A stretch of 60,339 nt of DNA, counting the filler, from Sphacelaria rigidula (taxonomy: Eukaryota): assembly GCA_964200075.2 (NCBI GenBank). It is 6 parts of 6 records of this genome, joined end to end, with 100 filler letters (N's around TTAATTAATTAA, not from the genome) between each part and the next. Parts side by side here need not be neighbours in the genome. Positions count along the whole stretch, not along the records: positions 40,296 to 50,267 come from CAXNAA020007383.1; positions 50,368 to 60,339 come from CAXNAA020007384.1; 4 more parts are not named here. The stretch is one strand, 5' to 3'. Each line of letters opens with the position of its first letter. The stretch's first letter is position 1. This document shows, one piece after another, positions 47,849 to 60,339 of the stretch. The notes below the pieces were generated by a model. The model saw nothing but the letters and a program-made list of their open reading frames with translations. It was not told where the DNA came from and ran no database searches. Both the position numbers and the translations under genes were made by a program.

Positions 47849-50267
47849 CTGCGAGATCAAACATGGGGAAGCGGGTGTACATTGTCATCGAATACCGCCC
47901 ATGCCATCGCCAACTGCACGCTGAGAGCCAAAGATCAAAGGTGTGAAGGAGGCTCACAGCATCATGTGATGTTGGTCAAACCTTTTGAACCACCGGTTTC
48001 GGGCGTACCAGCCTTACACACCGAACACGGGCCGGGACAGCCTAGAAGCGCATCTGCAGGCGGCGGGCCGATTTTCAACTCAATTTCGAGTGCTGCGCCT
48101 TCAAATCTGGTTGGGAGAATCGCTAGAGCTTGAGAATAAAGTATACAATGTGACAATGATATTTCGTTTTCGTGGGCGGAGTACAGGAAACAATATCCAG
48201 CTTTGTACCAACACGTTCGAAGCTCATGGGAGAATCAGGTGTTTCCGGGAACAGGACGGCATATGTGAGCGTGATTCGATCACCAGGGAGTGGAGAGGGG
48301 GGGGGGGTATTGCCTACCCTGGACAATACTTACGGTGGATACTCGTGGGAAAAAACAATCACCCCGTCGAGTGTGGGCCTACTGCAACTACTGACCACTG
48401 CCGATACTAGTGGTGATGGGCGCATACTTCATTCACATTGTGAGTATTACGCTCACAAAACAGGTCAGGGGACAGCAAGCGTGACTTCTGTAGTCCGGAA
48501 CAGTGGATTTGAACCGGACGAGCTCCGCGACGCGAGGCTTGAGGTTTGAAAAAGAGCGTCCGGGTGGGGGCGCCCAGACAGGGTGCCTCCAAATGATGAA
48601 AGTATAACGAGCTCAGACTGGGGACTGAATGATGACGGTCCCAGCGTGACAGGCCCGGGGTGTAAGCGGGTCGGATCATACACCTACACATTGTCCTGGG
48701 AATGGCTTTTGTCAAAAGTGGGTAGCCTCCACGAGCGAAGAGTTATTTCCTGCGGTACAGTTCTCAACCAATATGACCGTCAGTCGCCATCATTATTTGC
48801 GAAAGTTGGATTGTTTTCATGGAATTGAAGTACGACGGATGGTGTGGGCGATTATTTCCCTACATGGGCATCGATGCTTGACCAGGGATACATACTCGCC
48901 AGATATACGGCCTTTATCATGATATTCGCATCTTGTTCCATCGGTGCTGCAGTGCTGTTGTGATTATCGGACACCAAGAACATGCACCCTGAACATTTCA
49001 CTCGGGAACATGTAGTCATCTCAACTATTGACGGAGTATAAAGCCGCGATTCTTCCCTCCCCCGCTCCCTAAAGGGCCCTCTTTGCAACGTAAAGTCCGT
49101 GCATCAATCGCAGCGACAAAAGCCGACACATCGAGCAGCAGGGAATTCCCAACTTCGGGAACCGTCTTCGTAAATGTCGCCGTGATCAGGGGCTTCATGG
49201 ACTAAAACCAGGTTCCACGGATGGTATGCCCATTGTTTTTTGTAACAGTTTCGGGACTCGTTTGGGGAGGAGAGGGCCATTACAACATCAGTGAGAAGCG
49301 GTTCAAAGCGTGGACGCTACAGCGGAGGGCTACGTAGCCGTTGACAGTGTAGACACGTACAGCAATGTCTCCGTGAGAGTCTAGGATCGATTCAGAAAAA
49401 AATTGTAGTCTCGCATTTTTGATGCGGACAGATCGGAGACACTCAGGGTTTCCAGTGTCGGGTCGATTGAGAGAGCTTTATCCCTCAGACAGCGGCCTCC
49501 CCGCTGATAGATTGAGGTAGACAATCCACTTCTTGGGTTCGAAATTATTGCCATGTCACAACTCAGAATGCCCTACGGCGGAAGGGACCGGGAGTGCATT
49601 AGAGGCACATAGCTGCGACTCATCACACAGACGTTAGTGTGGATGTCGTCCACCCGACCAGTACGCCGCATATGTTTCCTGTGCAGTCTGTAGTATATCG
49701 TGCCGCGGCTGCACGTGCGGTCTGCTGCGTACTGGGTTTTACAGTGTTGAACGTACAGAGTGTACGCAGCGTGCGTTCGAACGCCTTTCACCACCGTTGG
49801 GCAATTGCTCGGCGATAGCGGTTGCCTCACCGTCGAAGTACTTGTACTCGTCTACATTCACGTGTGTAGGATACTCGTGGCCGCCGCTCGCGTGTTACGC
49901 CATGACGTTTTACACGAGATGTGGGTGTGACGCTAGCGGGACGCTCAGGCAGTACTGAACAGTGTGTACCAACACCTGCTTTTTGCTTATATAATCTTGA
50001 GTTTATTTGGCATGATCAAAATGAGAATTGGGGGTAGACGACGAAGGTGTTTTGTCTCACTCTACTGCAACAAAAGTGCTCATTTCGACGACCGTGATTG
50101 GTGAGAATGGTCATCCGGCGTCTCTCGGGCCTTGTGCACGGCTCATGATTTTTCGCGAGAAACTTTGAAACACACATAGTGGATTCCGCAAGCTCCTCCG
50201 AACCATTACGGAGAGACACCGCCCCCGCCCACGAGGCCCCGCTCCCACCCACCCCACACCCCCCTCC

Positions 50268-50367
50268 NNNNNNNNNNNNNNNNNNNNNNNNNNNNNNNNN
50301 NNNNNNNNNNNTTAATTAATTAANNNNNNNNNNNNNNNNNNNNNNNNNNNNNNNNNNNNNNNNNNNN
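50268..50367. other. Artificial contig linker
   Basis: Same 100-bp structure. Confidence 0.98.
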
Positions 50368-50442
50368 AAAAGGGAGCGTGGTCAATGGTCAAACGCCTAA
50401 GGCAAGCAACGAATGAGTACGCCCCCCCCCCCCCCTCCATCG

Positions 50443-50670
50443 ATCAACCCACCCAACTCCTTCATTCAAAACTGCACACCAACAATAATTCAATGCTGAA
50501 AAGTTTTGTAGTTTGGGATCTGACGGGATACGAGGTACCGCTCAGTGGAAACACGAAACATGATCAGCCTTGCAGACCGTCAGGATGGATCACCCCCAGA
50601 CTCGCGAGTGGGCTCGAGCGGGGGTGGTTCCTCTACACCACCAGAGGATCAAGTAGCAAGACGCACGCCA
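50443..50670. repeat. Interspersed repeat shared with 7140-7350
   Basis: CTGACGG..TACG.GGTACCGCT.AGTG...AGACCGTC.GG.TGGATCA...CACCACCAG.GG.TCAAGTAGCAAG in both places. Confidence 0.7.
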
Positions 50671-51773
50671 TCGACGCTGATGATGTATGTGTGAAGAACG
50701 TGCCAAAACATGAATCGGAGTCGGGATTCCACGTGCGATTCCGTCGATCGATTTCGGTTCAGCAGCTATGATTGTGCGGGTGTGCCGCTGTGACAAGGCG
50801 GGCCGGACTTGCAGGAGGCTATACTTTGTAAAATACGCCAGTCGCCTTCCTCCATTTATGCCACCATTGTTACGTGAACAGGTGTGATGGCAGGGAACAA
50901 AAAGAGTGCAAGTACGACTTGGATATGATTGAAGCCATCATTGTGAATCACGATGGACTTTTGCATTGTGCATGACACCCCGCAACATGCAACGTTAGCA
51001 TCCGCTCCGATTCGTGTAAATATCCTGTGTTCTTCAATCAACTGCTGGCGATTGCGAAGCACCATGCTCCCCACGAATTTAGATTCCGATAACCCATGTG
51101 TTGGGGTCTTTGTGGAAAAAATGAATGAAGGGGGGTTGACGCGAACAAATGAGGTCCGAAATGAAATTTGGTGTGGTGGAATCTTTGTGATCCGGCAACG
51201 AAATAATTCTTCAGTGCGCCGAAATGTTGATTGTGCCTACCCTAATTGTATGGCATGTGGTAGTTTTCAAGAGCTACCTGTCGGCGAAGGAAGTCACCAT
51301 ATTTAGCTTGAGCATAGTATGAGTGCAGCATGCAGCGTATGGCAGTCATGTTCTTTCGAGTTTTCCGCACGGCAGTAAACGTAGCCCGTGTTGTAGGTTC
51401 CGTTCACGGCCTGTATCACGCACGACGAGTTCCGTGCAGTATGGAAAAGTGCAACCGGGTATCTTTCGTGGGGCCTGCTGTACGGACTGTGTTGCGCCGA
51501 ATATGCCGCAGTTATTACTACGACCCATGATAATAAATTACTGTTAAAGTTGGTTGACGGGGTGCAAGTCCTGCCTGCATGTTTGACATACTGTCCATGC
51601 GGCGATCGTGATCCACCCCCCGCGCCGGATCTTACTCGTGCTGCTTCTGCTCCTACCGTGTGCGCCGTGGAACGTAGGTGGGAAGGATTGGAGCGGAGCA
51701 ACACTATGCGTCGGCGAAGAGGGGTTGCCAGCTCCAGCAGCAGGAGCGGTACACCCCCTGCGCGCCCGGCTGT

Positions 51774-52829
51774 ATGGCGGCGAATGAGAGGAGGGACGCG
51801 GCGCGGTCTAATCGTGATGCCACTTTCGGCGATGAACCATCGCCGGGGATCACCAGCGACGGCACACCGGTCGCCGGCGAGCGCCCACCGTCGTTGGTCG
51901 GCGGCTCCCGCCGACGCAGTCGCCGACAGTCTGCCGCGCGAGGAGGATGTACCGGGGATATGCTGCCGGGATTTCTGTTGGGGGGACAACGGCCGACGCC
52001 ACCTACCAGTACAGAAGAACCGCGCGCTGGGCAGGCCGACGCGCATACCCCCAAAAGGCGGAAACGGGTGTCGCTGTCATGCGGAAAGGCGGTTTGTGGT
52101 ACCACGGAAGCGTGGCCGACGCCCTGTCCGGTATGTCCTGGTAATTTCGTGCACTCCGGCGATCTACTGTGTTGCGCGCGCCACCGGCGGCCGCCGGATA
52201 CAGCAGGCTCTGACCCACAATTTCGGCATCTTCACGATGACGAGGCGGTCGCCGATGCGGCTGAACTTTGGGATCAGATGTCAACGACGGGCGCGGCGGC
52301 AGAGACGGCAGTTGTGCCGGGTTGGGTGCCGAGCCGCGGGTGTCTGTGTTATGCCCCCGATTGCTTCTATGCCCTCCGGAGGAGAGAGAAGCTGAAGGAG
52401 GAGCGGGCGGCGGCGAAGTGCGTAACATGCTGCCGGACGCCAAAGACGGAGTTGAGGAGAGCCGGGAAAAAAATTCGACTAATGCAAGAATTATTTCGAG
52501 CGACGGATGCGGGAGCGATGAACCGGAGTGGGGAGCGCATTAATGTAGACGCAGACAGTCGCCTCTGCAAGAGCTGCCTGTCGAGACTTAGCAGGGACGT
52601 CGGCAGCACATTGTTCAAGAGGGGAGAGGACGGCAAGTGGACGATGGACCAATACTTCCTGGGTCTCGACACGTCCGACGTTCCTGGCACGCGGCAGACA
52701 GTGGAGAGGAGTCCGATGCGGAGAACTTACCGGAGCCCGGGGACTTCTGAGCGGACGGGAGCACCCACTTGCAGCGGCATGGTGAGCACTCAATGGTGTC
52801 TGTCCTTTGCAGCACGCACGCGGAGCTAG
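51774..52829 (+). CDS. Cys-rich putative zinc-finger protein, possibly a transposon-derived remnant
   Basis: GC-rich open frame of about 350 codons from ATG 51774, with CGKAVC..CPVC, CCARH...CLCYAPDC and CVTC-x45-LCKSC motifs and a KRRKR basic patch; candidate donor GTGAGC at 52782. Confidence 0.55.
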   Translation: MAANERRDAARSNRDATFGDEPSPGITSDGTPVAGERPPSLVGGSRRRSRRQSAARGGCTGDMLPGFLLGGQRPTPPTSTEEPRAGQADAHTPKRRKRVSLSCGKAVCGTTEAWPTPCPVCPGNFVHSGDLLCCARHRRPPDTAGSDPQFRHLHDDEAVADAAELWDQMSTTGAAAETAVVPGWVPSRGCLCYAPDCFYALRRREKLKEERAAAKCVTCCRTPKTELRRAGKKIRLMQELFRATDAGAMNRSGERINVDADSRLCKSCLSRLSRDVGSTLFKRGEDGKWTMDQYFLGLDTSDVPGTRQTVERSPMRRTYRSPGTSERTGAPTCSGMVSTQWCLSFAARTRS

Positions 52830-53614
52830 AACGGTATACACGTACGTGCTGGGAGAGAGATGCCAGAGGACAACCCCCGATGAACGACACGCCGTGTCCG
52901 TATCACCGGCAATACAGTAGTCGAGTGTTGCGTCCTGTGCCCCATCTGCTTCTTGGGATACCGGTCGCCCGCAGTATTCCTGGATGCTGACTAAGCATGT
53001 ATGTTTTTTAAATGCAATGAATATAATCGTGGCGGAATGACGAGCACCAGTGCCGTTTTTGTTCACGTTATACCCACCAGTAGTATTTCCGCGCATCAGG
53101 CGCTTGACTCCAAACAGTGGTCATAGGTGCATAGTGGTATGTCGACATCATGCCCCGGTATCCGTGGGAACAGATGGAACTGGAGTCGTTTATTCACAGA
53201 CTCTGATACACCTAGGGATAAAGACACGAGCAGAAAATGGAATGAAGATGAGAACCGTCAACATCCAGAGGAAGCCGCACCCCCCCCCACGTTCATCCTT
53301 CTAACGCAACACAGGCAGTAGATGGCGAATTGTTCTCAGATAAAATGTGGCGGAAAATCAGGGAAGAAAATCATAACTGGCGTCATCGTCAGGCAAGGGT
53401 ATACGGGAGGCGTACTGAACTGACGGTAAGCGTCTGGCAGGATCTGGAGACTACACAGCAATGCGCACCCGCAACCGGGCACGTTATGAAGAGCGCACCC
53501 GGTCCCCCTGTAACGGGACGGGAGACTTGAAGAAGTCTGACAACCATGGGATGAGGATATGAAAGTGTTCCCGCGTTTTCAGAACTCGTCTGGCACGGTA
53601 GATGATTATTTGGT

Positions 53615-53725
53615 CGATTTGATTGTCGCACTTGAAGTAAGCACCCGGCAAGTCGGCGGTGGTGACATGATAGGCGTACCCAGGACATAACAAAACTCAA
53701 AACCGACCCTGAAAACCGTTAGAAG
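53615..53725 (-). mobile_element. Diverged RTE-type 3' end
   Basis: GATTGTCGCACTT...GGTGACATGATAGGCGTACCCAG on the plus strand. Confidence 0.65.
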
Positions 53726-54360
53726 CAGAATAAAAGGATGACAGGAGTATGCAATATACGCAGACGTACCACAAAAAGTAACAGACATAATAGTAAAATG
53801 TCGTGAATACCTGGGAGAGTGCCTCTGGTATACCGACCGTACAGAACACGACATTGGAAAACCGCACGGCAACAACAGGAGTCGCGCGCGCAAGTCATGC
53901 AAAATCGCCGCAGATGAGGATGTTTACAAAATTCCCCGAAGTAGTGAATATTGCGTCTGACATGAATCGTGTTGATTACGTTTATTCGATGACCGAACCG
54001 TGCCCACTGATGTGTATCTGTACCTGGTCTGCTGCCCTCAATCCCTGAGGCTTTTGTTTTTTTTTAAGCATATTAATATAATTTTTATCGCCCCTGTTCT
54101 TTACTTTCCTCTTCTCTTCCTCTTCTCTTCCTTTTCTTTCCGGTTTTAGGTCGGCCATTAACTTCTGTGCTTTGCTTTTCTTAAATTTTTTACTAATCGC
54201 CAATGCTTGATTGATTGATTGATTGGTTGACTGATTCTCGCACTTGGATATTATTACTTCCTTACCAATCACTCTAACATGTCGTTCTGATCGACTTTCT
54301 GTTTTATCTGTTCCTTCTCTTCTTCAGCGAGTATTTCAGCCTTTTTTTTTATTGGGTACG

Positions 54361-54422
54361 TCTATCATGAGACCCCGGCTAGATCCCTAGGGGGGTCAGT
54401 CAAAGTGCGACAATCAATCAAT
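54361..54422 (+). mobile_element. RTE-type 3' end, plus orientation
   Basis: CTATCATGAGACCCCGGCTAGATCCCTAGGGGGGTCAGTCAAAGTGCGACAATCAATCAAT. Confidence 0.75.
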
Positions 54423-55304
54423 GATTCAAATAGAGCAACTTCATGCTGGAATATCACCGGAATTAAACACGCCACACCGCCGTCGTGCGCGCTTGTCATA
54501 CAGGGAGTGGCGCAGGTATTCACGTCGGACAGGTCTAAAGATTTACCCGATGTCCATGGGACGAAGGGCGCCGCAGGATGGCAAGGTATGACATTTGACG
54601 GGAGGAAGTGCGGCCGCAGGGACGGGGCAGATGAAGTTATGCTGTAGTAACGCCGGCCACCCCGTGATTCTGCCGCGCAAATCCCAACGTCCGGACCCGG
54701 CGGCGAGTGTACTCGGCGGCCGTGGTGAATGCGCCACGGCCCGCCCGTCATGTGTGATGCCAAGCTAATTGTTGGGTGATAAGGTGGTGGCAATTGCGAC
54801 GACAAAGACAATTTGTGTGGAAGTGTGGAAGCGCCCAAAGTTGCGGGCCGTGCGGTGCGACGGCATTCATACGGGGGCCGGGGCGGGTAGAGGCGAGGGT
54901 TTTGATGTGGCGCGGTGCCGTGCAGGGGCGTCATTTGATTGTTCTGGCGGTGCTGCACGGTAACACTCATTTCAGGTTGTATTAGTCACCGAGCGGTGCG
55001 AAGCATGAAACTATTCAGGTGCGTTTTCACGGCACACGGCGGCTGGGATATCATCGCGAGGAACGGGGAGGCACGCAGAATCTGTCGAGATTTTCGATAT
55101 GTATGCTCGTGCGGCGTGCACGACTTGCTAACGCGAAGCGATCGCGCGCGCCGACGACCCCCTATTTTTGTCTCCTTCTTTGCGTTTTAGTTGTTTTGAT
55201 ACCACTTTCATTCGGGTTTTTTCTGTTTTTGTATCGCATCTGTGTGATTTGTTTGTACCACGATTGTTTTATTTTATTTCTTAAGCCCTATGTTTGGAAT
55301 CTTT

Positions 55305-55413
55305 GCCTATTACCACGGGAAGCGTCCGCGTAATATGCCACGTACAAAGCGATGCGGTGATGTCGGAACGGTTTTAACTCTGTAGACAACAACTACAACG
55401 ACTACAACGACAA
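55305..55413 (+). mobile_element. RTE-type 3' end, (CAA)n-tail variant
   Basis: ACCACGGGAAGCGTCCG...TCGGAACGGTTTTAACTCTGTAGACAACAACTACAAC matches the reverse complement of 36634-36733. Confidence 0.75.
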
Positions 55414-57124
55414 TTTGGGCGCATGAGCCGTGCTTTACAGACAATCCGCATCCTAATGAGTGCACAAACACCCATCGCAATGCTGATCGCATTGGGTGGT
55501 CATGATAACGCGAGAGGGCAAGGTTCCCCCCGGGAGCAATGCTACGGCAGGAGTGCACTTTTGACCAAAAATCTTGTCTGGTTCAGGGGCTCCGAACGAC
55601 TCTAGATGCACAATAATGTGGGTGAGGGCATCCTCGTTTGAAAATTCATTCGGAATATTCTTCGTACTTTGGAATTACAAACCTGGCGCACTCTCACATA
55701 TTTCATGCGTCGTGTTTTGGATTAGATGAAGGCCAAAAACACAAATTTGACCTCAGACAAAGAAAGTACGCCCCTACGGTAGTATCACCCCAGGCCTTCG
55801 CAGCTGGTGCCTCGCGTACGTGCACTTGAGCTGTGATGAGAAGCGATCCCGAACTGGCCACGAAAATCCCGCGCGTACCTGGGCTGTAACTTATTATATC
55901 ACATGACACCAAGGATATTAAGGTTTTCCGTATCCCAGCACCGCCGGGATGTGCAGTGAAAATACTCGTGCGCCCTGTTTGCTTCAAATCACCTGTGACA
56001 GTCGATCGCGCTGCACGGTGCTGTCACCGTGCATCATCTCATGCGATAGGCTTCAATGTCTTACCCAAACTCGAAGCGATAGATGTCAGTTACAACTACC
56101 GTCATCGCGGAAGACCCGCTCCACGGTGTGTTGCAGGGACTGCACGAGGAGTACCGATGGACACTCCTGCCGCCAGATATGTTTCTCTGTCCACGCTTCC
56201 TGTTTATACCCGCGGTATTCCGCAGTGCACCCCTGGCATTTGCTCTGGACAAGTGTACTGCGTACAGTACGGAAAATACGATCACGATACAGACAACGTA
56301 CCATACTACATGTAGTATACCTGTTGCGACAGGTGGCTGCCGGTGTGGCGGGAATTGCATACTAGGATCAAATGAAAATTACGTCAAGCCCGCGAAACGC
56401 CGACGGCGTGCCTGTCAGGGAAATGTCAATATGTTCCCGTGGAATCAGCAAGACGCAGAAAATCTGGTTGATTGCGATAGAAGAAAACTACAAGAAACCC
56501 CCCTATCATTTTCAGGCCGCTGTGATGAGGAGAACGGTAAGTCTGGCACTGAAGGGTGGGAGACGTTGCCCGCTGCCGGAGCAGGTTCGCAGTGCTCCTC
56601 GGCTGAACATACTCTCCTCTTTGGCTACTCTGCGCGGCCCCGCTTTGCTCGACACGGCGCCTAAACCCCGACGGCGTCTACCTCCAACATATAGAGAACC
56701 TTCACTGTCGAGCAATTCTCGTCTTGGTGCCAGCCCCGACCGACAGGGGGCCGATATAGACAACAAGGCTGGCAAGATATGCCCCTGGCTCCGCACGGAT
56801 TTGATACCATTACCCTCTAGAACTGTCATTAGAAAGTGTTCTACTTTTCGGAACAGGTTCAGCATCGTCCAAAATCTTTGTTTCAGGTCACGCCGCGCTT
56901 AAAACGCATTGGATCGCCGCAACTGCCGCGTCGACACATAGCTTCGGCTTCAACCCACACACACATCAATTTTCAGCTTCATCAGGCGCCAGGTGTGCGG
57001 TGTTGGGGCGCCTATTTTCCGAAAATACCGCCTCCATAATATTGAAAAAGAATAACACTGTCTTGCGGTGGACGTACTTCAGCAAAAAGCATTTAATATA
57101 TACTTCACCGATAGCACAATAAAA

Positions 57125-57235
57125 TGTACTGCACTATATTGTACTGCACTGCACTGTACTGTACTGTACTGCATTGTACTGTACTCTGCTGAACTGTGCC
57201 GTGCTGTGCTGTGCTGCGCCGTGCTGTGCAGTACC
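57125..57235. repeat. (CTGTA/CTGCA/CTGTG)n pentanucleotide microsatellite
   Basis: Direct reading of the sequence. Confidence 0.85.
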
Positions 57236-58371
57236 GAGGTGGGTTGTGCTGTTTGTACGTCAGTACAGTACGCGGCAGTTCAGACGGCCCATCATGTATT
57301 GGTGCGGAGAAAATATCGAAACATTTTCAAATTTCAATCCAGTCGTTTTATCTGCGGCATGGATGGGTTCCAGCACAATATTTTCCTATTAAACGACTGA
57401 TATCTCTAGGTGGTGAAAACATGCTCCGTGGCTCTGCCGGTGGCGTCATGTGAGCGCGGTGCTCTACGCTCTACCATGATACCGTAGGTCGGGTTTGACG
57501 GGCTGTTGTTGTTGTTGTTCACCTTAGGCTGCACGGATTCTGCAAATACTCATTGCGGACAGCACTGTATCGGTACAACTTGCAAGACGAACTGTTTGTC
57601 TATATGTCAACATACCTCGATCGTCTTCGAGCCCACTCCTCCCACCTGGGCGATGCTGTCAGGTCCGCCGCTGCAAGCACAGGGTGTGCGGCACCTCGGG
57701 AGTGATATTGGGATCCTTGCCATCATCCACCGCTCTCGTGGAGGCGTCTCTTTCGGTATAAAAAAAGAAGTTTCCCCTCGCGCATAACACACAAAAGAAA
57801 ATGACTGAGGCAGTTGGTTTTATACGACTGCCGGTACGTCAAGGCGATGGCCGGGGTAGGTATTCGTCTCCATGAACAGTAGTGAAATAGGACCTGTCAT
57901 TGAGCGGGAGTAACACTGTCAGGGTTGATCGATCACTTTGTGCAGAGCGCAAAGCACTGCTTGCGAAAGATGGATTTCAACCCATCAAATAAGCGAGGAT
58001 CGCCGCTAGATGGGTCGGAGATTCCCTTGCAGGGAAAGGGCTTCCTTTTCAAGAACGAGGTGTCGGCAGTCTCGTCTGAGGTAAAAGATCGGGTGGTGGT
58101 TGGTTCGCGAAAGTGCCCATCTTTCGACCTCTCTCTTGACACACACCATGTCACCCTCCGCAAAAAGGTGTGCAGGCGGACCGTTTCCCACCTATTCATC
58201 AAGTGCATACAGTGCATGATAGTTTTCTGCCAGAGCAGGTACGGGAACCCACTCTGCTGAAATTTGTGACAATGGCACAGCAGAGCGCGGGAACAGTCTC
58301 ACTGCTTGAGAGAAGGATACTGACTGTGTCTTGTATTGTAGTAGCAGTGATACATCATACATAATGATTCG

Positions 58372-58465
58372 GTTTTGATTGATTGGCTGTCGCGCATTGA
58401 TGACGCCCCAAGGATTTAGCCGTGATCACATGATAGGCGTACCTACCTGAACTGAAACAAAATGG
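58372..58465 (-). mobile_element. Diverged RTE-type 3' end
   Basis: TTGATTGATTGGCTGTCGCGCATT...AGCCGTGATCACATGATAGGCGTACC. Confidence 0.65.
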
Positions 58466-59557
58466 AAATGCTTGCCGCGAAGGAGGGTAAGTATGAACGG
58501 AAATATTGAACAGATGAACGGAACAGTCTGGAACGGTGATGGACAAACAGTCCACTGTCTCCAACGCTGTACGTGTGCATGACTGCACGGTTTTCTTCAC
58601 AACCATGCAACCGTGTATTTTAGTGCTCGTCTCAGAGTTAGTACAGCGGGTTCAATGTTTTGTCGGAGGCACGTTACTGTGTCGTAGGTCGTAGGGCTGA
58701 ATGCTATCACTACTGTAATGTTGTACTACTGTCGTTGTGCTGTACTGTCTCGATTTATTCATATATGCGTGACGGTTCTCATTCGTTCCTTGGAGCAACC
58801 ATCGATGATGTGATAACCGTCCGTTGGTGATGGAAGAGCCTACAGGTAGCGTGACCCTGACACCAACCCCGAGATCGCAACAGCACGAAGTTACGTCACC
58901 TAACCCCCGCGAGCACATAAGGCCGCCGATGCGTTGTGAGTTGTGAGTCTGGTTCTTGTGCCGATGCCGCGGACTTGGTGACCATTTCCGGGGAGAAAGG
59001 TGTGTGATTGTTGTGGCGTCGGCGAACGGCAAATGGACTGGAAAATAGCCGAGTGTGTGCCGCCATGGTTGGAGTTGGCGTACAGACTACCTTGCGCTCA
59101 GCGTGCTGTATTAGGTGCAGTGTTGCAGGCGATGGTCTAGGACAGGTACTTTCTCGGCCGTCTGGTTGCCGAGAGAAAGTATGATTTGAACAGAATTCCT
59201 GGATCACATATATCTAGTGGGTACTTGGCCTATTTAAAAAAGGGGGAAGCGGTTTCTGGGGGAAAGACGTCCTTTTGCCCATGGCCATATATCACGAGGA
59301 ACATTATTTTTGCTGTTTGTTTTTTCGAGCCCCGGTCGCCAAGGAGGCCCCCGATTGATGTGCGTGAAACATTCGGAGCGAAAACGGTCTACTGCAGATT
59401 GTACGTTTTGTTGTTTTTGCATTTCTCGTGTGTGTTCCTAGCTTTCTTGGGCAAGAAACGAGAGGGTACAGGGTATGCTTGTTCTAGTCAATAGCCTTCA
59501 ATCGTTCCGTCGTTTAGTTTATAAATAACGACTCGTACCCATGAACTCGGTGCCGGC

Positions 59558-59655
59558 CGTGTGACCCCGGCTGATTCGCCCGCAAACATATACCAAAATG
59601 TGCAGACGGGAGGCCAGAGTACATGGGCTGACAGCAGAGACACGCGCACACAGAG
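59558..59655 (+). mobile_element. Diverged 3' end of the tRNA-derived SINE
   Basis: TGTGACCCCGGCTGATTCGCCC...CCAGAGTACATGGGCTGACAGCAGAGACAC. Confidence 0.6.
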
Positions 59656-60339
59656 ATCGTGTGGCTGTGTCCAAAAATGTGCCTGCTCATGACCACGCGT
59701 CGAGCGACCCCTTAATATATCTCCTGCTCGATCAATTCATCACTCGTCGTCATTTTTTACTGCAGACAGTAGTATTACACATGCTGCTGCTGCATTCCGC
59801 GAGAGCGGCTGTTTTCAGTCAGGTGACCTCGGGCAATCTTCGCTGTTATACAAAATGTTGGTGGGTGTTGCTGAAGTATAGTAAATAGCCACCGACCGGT
59901 CGATATCACAACCTTGCTTTTCGACTGCCTCCCCGTTCCACAAAAAGATCACGAGGAAGATATATTCCGTCATTTTAACGCCATACACGTGCAGGCTGCA
60001 TCATCCTGTTGTTTTGGTTTATTCATGCGGGGGGGGGTCCTTGCTTTGGCATGAGATCAAGGGGCAGGAGGGAAATCGCTTGAGGCCACTTCTCGTGGTA
60101 CGAACAAGAACCCTCTAAAAAAGCCTATACTGGCGATTCAGCGTTCATTTTCGCCGGAGTACTGTTGTACTACTGTAGTTTCCGGCTAAGTCGGGGGATT
60201 TGAGTGATATTTCAGAAGTTGGCGATTTTCATTACTTTTCCCGCGTGCCATCGCTCATGTTTTTGTTTCTTGCCTTCTTCTGCGGGCTGTTTGGGTTATG
60301 GGTATATTGGTGGTTTGCTCCTTGCACTCTTTGACTCCG

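Noticed and set aside
49832-49903. First exon of the RRM gene (ATG...GAC G|GTGAGG, minus strand)
   Set aside because: There is an in-frame TAA at codon 3 and no identifiable RNP2 exon linking it to 47848.

Overview
This is eukaryotic nuclear DNA, most likely from a brown alga (Phaeophyceae). That assignment is inferred from the GT/CAG introns of 0.15-2 kb, roughly 50% GC, low-complexity coding tracts and transposon types. The window is not one locus. It is six unrelated contigs of about 9.97 kb (1-9976, 10077-20049, 20150-30122, 30223-40195, 40296-50267, 50368-60339), sorted by length and joined with artificial 100-bp N44-TTAATTAATTAA-N44 linkers. Most of the sequence is decayed transposable elements: RTE-type LINE remnants, a tRNA-derived SINE family, a Ty3/Gypsy remnant with a Tudor-like integrase tail, and piggyBac-, PIF/Harbinger-, hAT- and CAC-terminal MITEs. 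Recognisable host genes are five exons of a two-RRM, NSR-like RNA-binding protein (minus strand, 43291-47848) and one large exon of a ClpX-type AAA+ ATPase (14746-15432). There is also an unassigned Cys-rich zinc-finger ORF (51774-52829). The best lead is a shared retroposon 3'-end module, TGTGACC(A/C)CGG-[variable hairpin]-...GACAA-[microsatellite tail]. It ends two RTE LINE subfamilies and the SINE, each with a different hairpin and tail, and occurs about 16 times across all but one contig. I found no CRISPR array, prokaryotic operon or viral insertion.
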